51,901 nt of DNA, from positions 1 through 51,901 of the forward strand of contig QZJF01000012.1 in the NCBI GenBank assembly GCA_003599255.1. The letters run 5' to 3'. This document shows positions 46,513 to 51,901 of this stretch, one piece after another. Each line of letters begins with the position of its first letter. Position 1 is the first letter of the stretch. The DNA comes from a candidate division WWE3 bacterium (GTDB lineage: Bacteria; Patescibacteriota; WWE3; UBA101185; UBA10185). Under the pieces are notes generated by a model. It made no database searches and was not told the origin of the DNA. It worked only from the letters and a program-made list of their open reading frames with translations. A program made the position numbers and the translations under genes.

Positions 46513-47199
46513 TTACAATCTGGTACAAAGTGCATCCCCAGCAGGTGCGGCAACCGAAGGTGCCGTCGTAATGTTGTTGTACTGATATGCCGGAGTTGCA
46601 GGGTTATCACACCCGTAAAAACCCTCATTTACAGTCCCGTTAGCGGCTTCCCAGTAGTTATAGACAAATGTGGTGGTTGGATTAGCTGAACCGTGTACTG
46701 CTACTCTTAGAAATGTAGCACCGTCGGTAAAGTAAGCAAACTGGCATGCTGCCGTATCTGAACCCGCGTCGTCCCCGGTCCACGTAGATGTAGCATCGCA
46801 GTTGCTTTGCATATTTACACCGTTTATAACGAATGTACAGGGTGTAGCCATAGCACCTGGAGTCGCACCGGTACAGTTATGTACCCCTATGCTACCAATA
46901 CCAGCTGCAAACTCTGCAGGAGTAGGAGCTCTGTTAGTATTTCTTGGCGACGAAACCCAGAGTCCTTTAGTAGCTAATGCCATTTTATCCAATTGCGACC
47001 TGAGGTTAGCGTCTCTAGCCCTGTTTTGTTGCTGCACAGGATTCAAAACACCGATAACGACACCGGCTAAAATACCGATAATAACGATGACTATCAAAAG
47101 CTCTACAAGTGTAAAACCGGCTGAACTCTTTGACGAAGCAAAACTAACCTGCGAGAAAGTAGAGTTGGGGGTTAGTTTTTTGATTAAACTATTTCTCAC
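46513..47199 (-). CDS. Type IV pilin, probable major pilin
   Basis: G|FTLVELLIVIVIIGILA; own promoter, purine-rich SD-like GGAGAGGGGGTG and a 3' hairpin. Confidence 0.85.
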   Translation of the reverse strand: MRNSLIKKLTPNSTFSQVSFASSKSSAGFTLVELLIVIVIIGILAGVVIGVLNPVQQQNRARDANLRSQLDKMALATKGLWVSSPRNTNRAPTPAEFAAGIGSIGVHNCTGATPGAMATPCTFVINGVNMQSNCDATSTWTGDDAGSDTAACQFAYFTDGATFLRVAVHGSANPTTTFVYNYWEAANGTVNEGFYGCDNPATPAYQYNNITTAPSVAAPAGDALCTRL

Positions 47200-47300
47200 A
47201 AGCTCTCACCCCCTCTCCAAACATATTTATGTTTAGCAAATCTCTTAAATACATAATCTGGGCAGGCAAGGTTTTAACCTTAGATAAAACCGATTTGCCT

Positions 47301-47336
47301 ATACTTAAGTATGAATTGATACTAACTTAATGTCAA
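47301..47336 (-). promoter_or_regulatory. sigma70 promoter TTGACA-N17-CATACT with overlapping palindrome
   Basis: -35 at 47336-47331, -10 at 47313-47308, ATACTTAAGTAT palindrome at 47301-47312. Confidence 0.7.
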
Positions 47337-47354
47337 GGAAATCGCGACAAAAAG

Positions 47355-48284
47355 TTAATCAATATCGCCGTCAGAATAAACCGCGTAATCAAAAATTGAG
47401 GGCATGTATGGGAACGATCTGTAAACTTGTATTCTTTTAGTAACTCGGATACCGCTGTCATCGGATATCTCTCCGGTTGATTCGATTAGGAAACCTTGAA
47501 GAGGGAAGTTATTTGAAGTTGCGGGGAAAATTCCCACTTTTGATGGGGCGTATAATGATTTCAATCTTAGTCCGGTCCTATTTGTATTTATATTTATTCT
47601 GTAGCACTGGTCAAAATCGAGTCTTCCTGCGCCTGCGTTCACATCTCCACCGACATCATAAGTCCCTACCGGAAAAGTAGGGGAGGCAACACCTTTTGAA
47701 ACCACACCGCCCGAGGAGTAAGTTGCAAAATAAATCCCGCTCGATTGCGAAGCTTCTAAGGATCTCCAGCATATGTCGATATTACCTTGATAGTAAACAT
47801 TGTTAGCAATATTAACGAGCCTTACTTCCTTTACATCTCCCGGATCCAAGTTAAACCAATAATGATCATTTGCCCCGTCTTGGAAGTTCCAGGTGAACGT
47901 ACTTATACGAACTGAGGCCTGCGCGTTTATGCTGTCGCCACTTTGACCGGGATATTCAAGAATGCATGCACTGTTATCCGTAGGGTGAGGAAGAGTGCCA
48001 CAAGGACATTCCGAGTTTGTAGCGGGACAGTTGACCCCGTTATTAACATCACCATCAGACAATTCCATCAAGACATCCGTTGGTTGGCGCAAAAACCATT
48101 CGATACCTCCCTCAGCAGTTGCAAAGACCCTAGTGGACGTATCAGTACTTGTTGTTCTCCTGAGCGAAGTAAGAGTTCTGGAAGAAACTGCTATGCCAAT
48201 GGCAAGAGCAACACTCATGGCAACTACTATGAATAGTAAAGCCTGTCCACTGGAATTGTTGTAATTAATAAATTTATTTTTCAT
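47355..48284 (-). CDS. PilX-like minor pilin, paralog of 41360..42184
   Basis: SG|QALL, FATAEGGIE, PSIFDYAVY; start ATG 48284 follows the upstream stop. Confidence 0.75.
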   Translation of the reverse strand: MKNKFINYNNSSGQALLFIVVAMSVALAIGIAVSSRTLTSLRRTTSTDTSTRVFATAEGGIEWFLRQPTDVLMELSDGDVNNGVNCPATNSECPCGTLPHPTDNSACILEYPGQSGDSINAQASVRISTFTWNFQDGANDHYWFNLDPGDVKEVRLVNIANNVYYQGNIDICWRSLEASQSSGIYFATYSSGGVVSKGVASPTFPVGTYDVGGDVNAGAGRLDFDQCYRININTNRTGLRLKSLYAPSKVGIFPATSNNFPLQGFLIESTGEISDDSGIRVTKRIQVYRSFPYMPSIFDYAVYSDGDID

Positions 48285-48288
48285 ATTT

Positions 48289-51200
48289 TTACGGCTCCGA
48301 ATAAACCCACTGAACATCATAAGTTGCCAACCCTGTGAAATTATAGCTTCCGGTGTTTGTAACTTCATATCTGGTAAGCCAGTAAACCATCCTGCTGTAG
48401 TACCTTATCATCTCTGCAGGGAAGCTGTAGTTGTTTAAGAACCCAAGGTTTCTGTCAAAATTAATTATTGAACGGGAAAGTACCGGCCCGGTAATTACGA
48501 CAGGCATATCAAAAGTCTGTGTTGGCCAGTCATATACAGATGGGAATTCTACATTCGAGGAAGTTACTATTCCCATGTGAATCTGGGGAGCCGATGATAC
48601 CGAGTATGTCGCTAAACTTGGAACTGCTACAGACGCATCAACATTCACCGGCGACTCGGTTACCACCAAAATTATTCTGTTCTGAGCTCCGCAGTTACCG
48701 CAGGTAAAACTATTGTTTATATTAATATCTCCGCCACCCGTAACATAAACTACCGCCACACCGGTAACATTTCCCCCCATCAGATAGCTTCCGCCAGTTA
48801 GAAGGGTATTGAAATCACTCACTGTGATGTTATAGACACTTCCGGTTTGGAATACATTCCCGCCGGGAACTCCCGTAGTGGCTGAAGCAGGAGGTTCAAA
48901 CCCAAAGTTATTAAACCAATCATCTTCGAAATCATGTATACCTGTAACATTCAGCTGCTGTCCAAAACCCCCGCTTTCACTGACTCCGCTACCAACTCTT
49001 TGCGGATCTATAACCGTACCAGCAAATCCGAATCCGCCAATTGCGGTATTTGTCTGAGTGTTAATGAAGTTTGAAGTAAAGTTATCGCCGGGATCCGTTG
49101 TGATATCAGCTACTACACCGGATGAATAAAAATCACCGTCAAGGAATGTGAACCATTTTTCGTTGTCAAATCCCAAATATAACAAATCGATATTTATATC
49201 ACTGGCATCAAGGGCATTTGTGGGAGTACAGTTTACGGCACATGCACCGGAACCGGCCGTACAAGTCACACCTGTACCGTTAACACACTGAAGTACATAA
49301 CCTTTAGTGCCGTCGCCCAGAATCCCATTTATACAAATTGAATCGAAAATAGTGCTTCTAAACAACGGTGTAATACTGAACGAGTCACCGGAAACCGTGC
49401 CTGTCGGGAGCAGGGGAGTAGCTCCATTAAAGATTTGTGCTATCGGATTCAGGGTATTATTAATCGAAATCAATGAACCACAGGTCGGGTATCCGGTCTG
49501 AGTTTCATAAGTGTGTCCTGTAATGGTTCTCGCGACACCGATCAGACTACCGGTACAAACAGGACCGTTGTAATAAGGAAGGGGTACATTCTGATTTAAT
49601 GTAATATCACAGGAACCTGGTGCTGCCGGACCTCTCCACATCATCGGGAAACGTAAAGCCCCTCCATAGTACATCATAACGTGATCTGTCTTAAATGTAT
49701 CATTAGGATCATTTACTACCGTATAGGGATCTGTACCGTCATTATTCCTTCCATCAAAATAAGTACCTGTATCATAATAAACTCTTCGTGTTACATCTGT
49801 TCCATCATGTGGCTGGAATGCATATAAAATATCATTTGGAGGTGCAAGATTATTTCGGACCTCCACATTATAAATTTTCACGTTCCTATCTTCGGTAGCA
49901 TTAGATGCATCATTAATAAATGCAACCTCTACCATGGTAATAGAGCGTCCGGCAGCAAGATTAAATGTATAAGTAAAAGTATCCGGGTCAGAATTAATCT
50001 CGCCAATCGTACTCGCCAAACGTTGCCCTAAATCGGTGGTTGCGTAAACTCTGATATCCGGCCAATCTCCAAGACCATAAACCCCACCTGCAGTTACTTC
50101 AACTGTCACGGCCCCTGTTAACGGGAAATCCCCACAAGTAACATCGTAGTCATAATCTACACGGGCACCGTTGGGATGTTTAGCGTTGGAACTAAAGGTC
50201 ATTAGCTGGTTAGCAGCAATAAATTCAGTAGGCCAGTTCTGAAAAGGAGCACATGCCGGTAACTCAACGCCTCTCGTAACGGTTTCATCTTGATACCCAT
50301 CGGTCCAGGTAGGATCGCAGTCTGCCCAATCAGTAACTATACCTTGATTAACTTGAGGATTCCCGTTGCACCTATTTGATACTCCCGGTGTAACGTTAGC
50401 GTACTCGTCCTGGGCTGTAGAATAATATACCGAGTAGCCGGCAGGTACTGCACTTGAATAAGTTGCGGAACAAGTAGTGCCTGAGCAGGAATTATTAACA
50501 CCGACTGATGTAAACGGATCCGAGACTACACGTGTGGTTGGATTAAAAGGTCTCATTCCGATTCCGACCGAAGTCAAATTAGCTCTTGTATCTGTGGCAC
50601 TTGCAGTAAAACTCTGACTTGAACCAGTTATATAGTAATTTACCGGTTGACCATTGACTGTTGTAGTATGCCCAACTTGAGGAACTGAAGTAATTGTTGC
50701 CAAAGGAGGTCTGTTTTTTTCCCAACGCATATGTAAATGATTTGACCAGTCTTCTCCATTGTCGTTGCCGATTGTAATCGAATTGACAACACACGTAGTA
50801 CCGCTGGAGTTAGCCGTATTTGTACACCCCAAATTTGTACACCTGGAGAATGTCCATGATGCATAAGCACACGGAAACAAAGTAGTGTCGTTGCTGGGAG
50901 GAACAAAAGAATGGGGTCCGACGGTCCTTAAAGTCCCGGGTGCGCCATTAAGGTCATAGTCCCATGACCAGTAATATGCTTGAGCGGGCCATGAGTTACA
51001 CTCCCAGCCTCCCACAATACTGGTGCCGCTGCCATTCAGGAAATCTATCGAACCATTTACCAGCGGAGCGCATGTGTTACCGGGTGCAACATTATCAGAC
51101 ATTACCTCTGTATATCCTGAATAAGTATTGTCGCTGTTCAGGTCTTCCCAAACTCTTCCGACAATTCTTGAGCATGAGTCAACAGTAAAACCCCAAGTTG

Positions 51201-51901
51201 GGGAGTCAGTAGTTCGGGCACCATTGCTCGCCTTTATATACCATGTGTGTGAGGTGTTCCAGCTGCCTGTGTAATCATATGAAGTTACCGAATCGCTCAC
51301 TGATGCTACTTCGGCGCCATCCACATACACCTTATATGTGTTCGTGTTGCCTCCGCAATTAGTGCCCCATGAACTTACCGCATTCCAATCAAGAGTTATC
51401 GTATTTGAGGTAAAACATGTGGTAGTGTCGGGAGGAGAAACCAAAACAGGGGCCGCCGGATTCGAATCGCTGCATCCGTTTTTATTATGCGCATATACCT
51501 TATTGGCAAAGTAAGTATGTTCGTCCCCGTCCAAAATCAGATTATAGGTTTGAAGACCTTGCTCAACATAGGTATACCCAAGGATTTGGCTCCAGGTGCG
51601 ATCTTCTCTCAATAGGTAATCTCCCTTTTTTATTAAAGCCACCTGTATACCACTATCTAAATATGCCATTTCAGGCGAAAAGGCCCCCCAACCGGAATAT
51701 GTATCATTTTTGAAAAATAAAGGGTGCTCACTGGTCACGTCAAGAACAGTCTGATCATCCAACGTGACCTTGTAATAACCTTGTCTTAACGGGTTTTCCA
51801 CTTCCATAATCGAAGAGGATGAATAACCTCCATCAACTCCGAAAGTTCTAACGCGTTCTCCAACTTTTACGTCCTCTATTCTCTTGCTAGAGCCATCAGC
51901 C
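48289..51901 (-). CDS. Large pilus-locus surface protein/adhesin with an internal Hint domain; 5' end outside the window
   Basis: Frame open to the window edge (ADGSSKRIEDVKVGERV); VTSEHP; TYNL...HTYFANKVYAHN; then FN3/Ig-like and CBM-like modules. Confidence 0.85.
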   Translation of the reverse strand, partial: ADGSSKRIEDVKVGERVRTFGVDGGYSSSSIMEVENPLRQGYYKVTLDDQTVLDVTSEHPLFFKNDTYSGWGAFSPEMAYLDSGIQVALIKKGDYLLREDRTWSQILGYTYVEQGLQTYNLILDGDEHTYFANKVYAHNKNGCSDSNPAAPVLVSPPDTTTCFTSNTITLDWNAVSSWGTNCGGNTNTYKVYVDGAEVASVSDSVTSYDYTGSWNTSHTWYIKASNGARTTDSPTWGFTVDSCSRIVGRVWEDLNSDNTYSGYTEVMSDNVAPGNTCAPLVNGSIDFLNGSGTSIVGGWECNSWPAQAYYWSWDYDLNGAPGTLRTVGPHSFVPPSNDTTLFPCAYASWTFSRCTNLGCTNTANSSGTTCVVNSITIGNDNGEDWSNHLHMRWEKNRPPLATITSVPQVGHTTTVNGQPVNYYITGSSQSFTASATDTRANLTSVGIGMRPFNPTTRVVSDPFTSVGVNNSCSGTTCSATYSSAVPAGYSVYYSTAQDEYANVTPGVSNRCNGNPQVNQGIVTDWADCDPTWTDGYQDETVTRGVELPACAPFQNWPTEFIAANQLMTFSSNAKHPNGARVDYDYDVTCGDFPLTGAVTVEVTAGGVYGLGDWPDIRVYATTDLGQRLASTIGEINSDPDTFTYTFNLAAGRSITMVEVAFINDASNATEDRNVKIYNVEVRNNLAPPNDILYAFQPHDGTDVTRRVYYDTGTYFDGRNNDGTDPYTVVNDPNDTFKTDHVMMYYGGALRFPMMWRGPAAPGSCDITLNQNVPLPYYNGPVCTGSLIGVARTITGHTYETQTGYPTCGSLISINNTLNPIAQIFNGATPLLPTGTVSGDSFSITPLFRSTIFDSICINGILGDGTKGYVLQCVNGTGVTCTAGSGACAVNCTPTNALDASDINIDLLYLGFDNEKWFTFLDGDFYSSGVVADITTDPGDNFTSNFINTQTNTAIGGFGFAGTVIDPQRVGSGVSESGGFGQQLNVTGIHDFEDDWFNNFGFEPPASATTGVPGGNVFQTGSVYNITVSDFNTLLTGGSYLMGGNVTGVAVVYVTGGGDININNSFTCGNCGAQNRIILVVTESPVNVDASVAVPSLATYSVSSAPQIHMGIVTSSNVEFPSVYDWPTQTFDMPVVITGPVLSRSIINFDRNLGFLNNYSFPAEMIRYYSRMVYWLTRYEVTNTGSYNFTGLATYDVQWVYSEP

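Noticed and set aside
47260-47301. c-di-GMP-I riboswitch suggested by GGCAAA at the start of the pilin leader
   Set aside because: The GAAA tetraloop and the second conserved GCAAA-type stem are not evident.
467-51188. Numerous short antisense or alternate-frame ORFs in the track
   Set aside because: They overlap well-supported genes and show no recognisable motifs; treated as shadow ORFs.
51484-51901. Canonical selfish intein or polymorphic toxin
   Set aside because: No endonuclease insert, the +1 residue is Lys, and the downstream region is adhesin-like with no immunity gene.
1-51901. CRISPR array, rRNA, IS element or stop-codon reassignment
   Set aside because: No regularly spaced repeats, rRNA-like tract or transposase seen. 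Conserved genes translate full length in the standard bacterial code.

Overview
The window looks like a chromosomal segment of an AT-rich Patescibacteria/CPR-type bacterium (Microgenomates/WWE3-like). This is an inference from a trigger factor lacking its PPIase domain, a short PheT, the absence of rimM from the rpsP-trmD block and a CPR-style type IV pilus locus. It holds six tRNAs and housekeeping genes: murA, pyrG, sppA, tig, clpP, truB, thrS-infC-rpmI-rplT-pheS-pheT, a class A PBP, tyrS, recG, rsmD, and rpmF-nusB-ACP-like-rnc-rpsP-khpA-trmD. It also holds two paralogous PAS histidine kinase/receiver pairs, cell-wall enzymes, an accessory patch after tRNA-Leu(TAG) (13.2-17.0 kb) and a 13 kb pilus/adhesin locus that runs off the right edge. 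The main observations are: (1) an unannotated, apparently leaderless 20-codon uORF with a T-L-T-T-T-T run directly upstream of thrS, a candidate threonine-sensing leader; (2) -10 boxes 6-7 nt before many start codons, suggesting widespread leaderless mRNAs; (3) a large pilus-locus surface protein with an internal Hint (intein-like) domain; (4) a PD-(D/E)xK nuclease + small ORF + GGQ release-factor-like cluster; (5) an ACP-like protein lacking the phosphopantetheine serine. All calls come from reading motifs by eye. No searches or folding were run.
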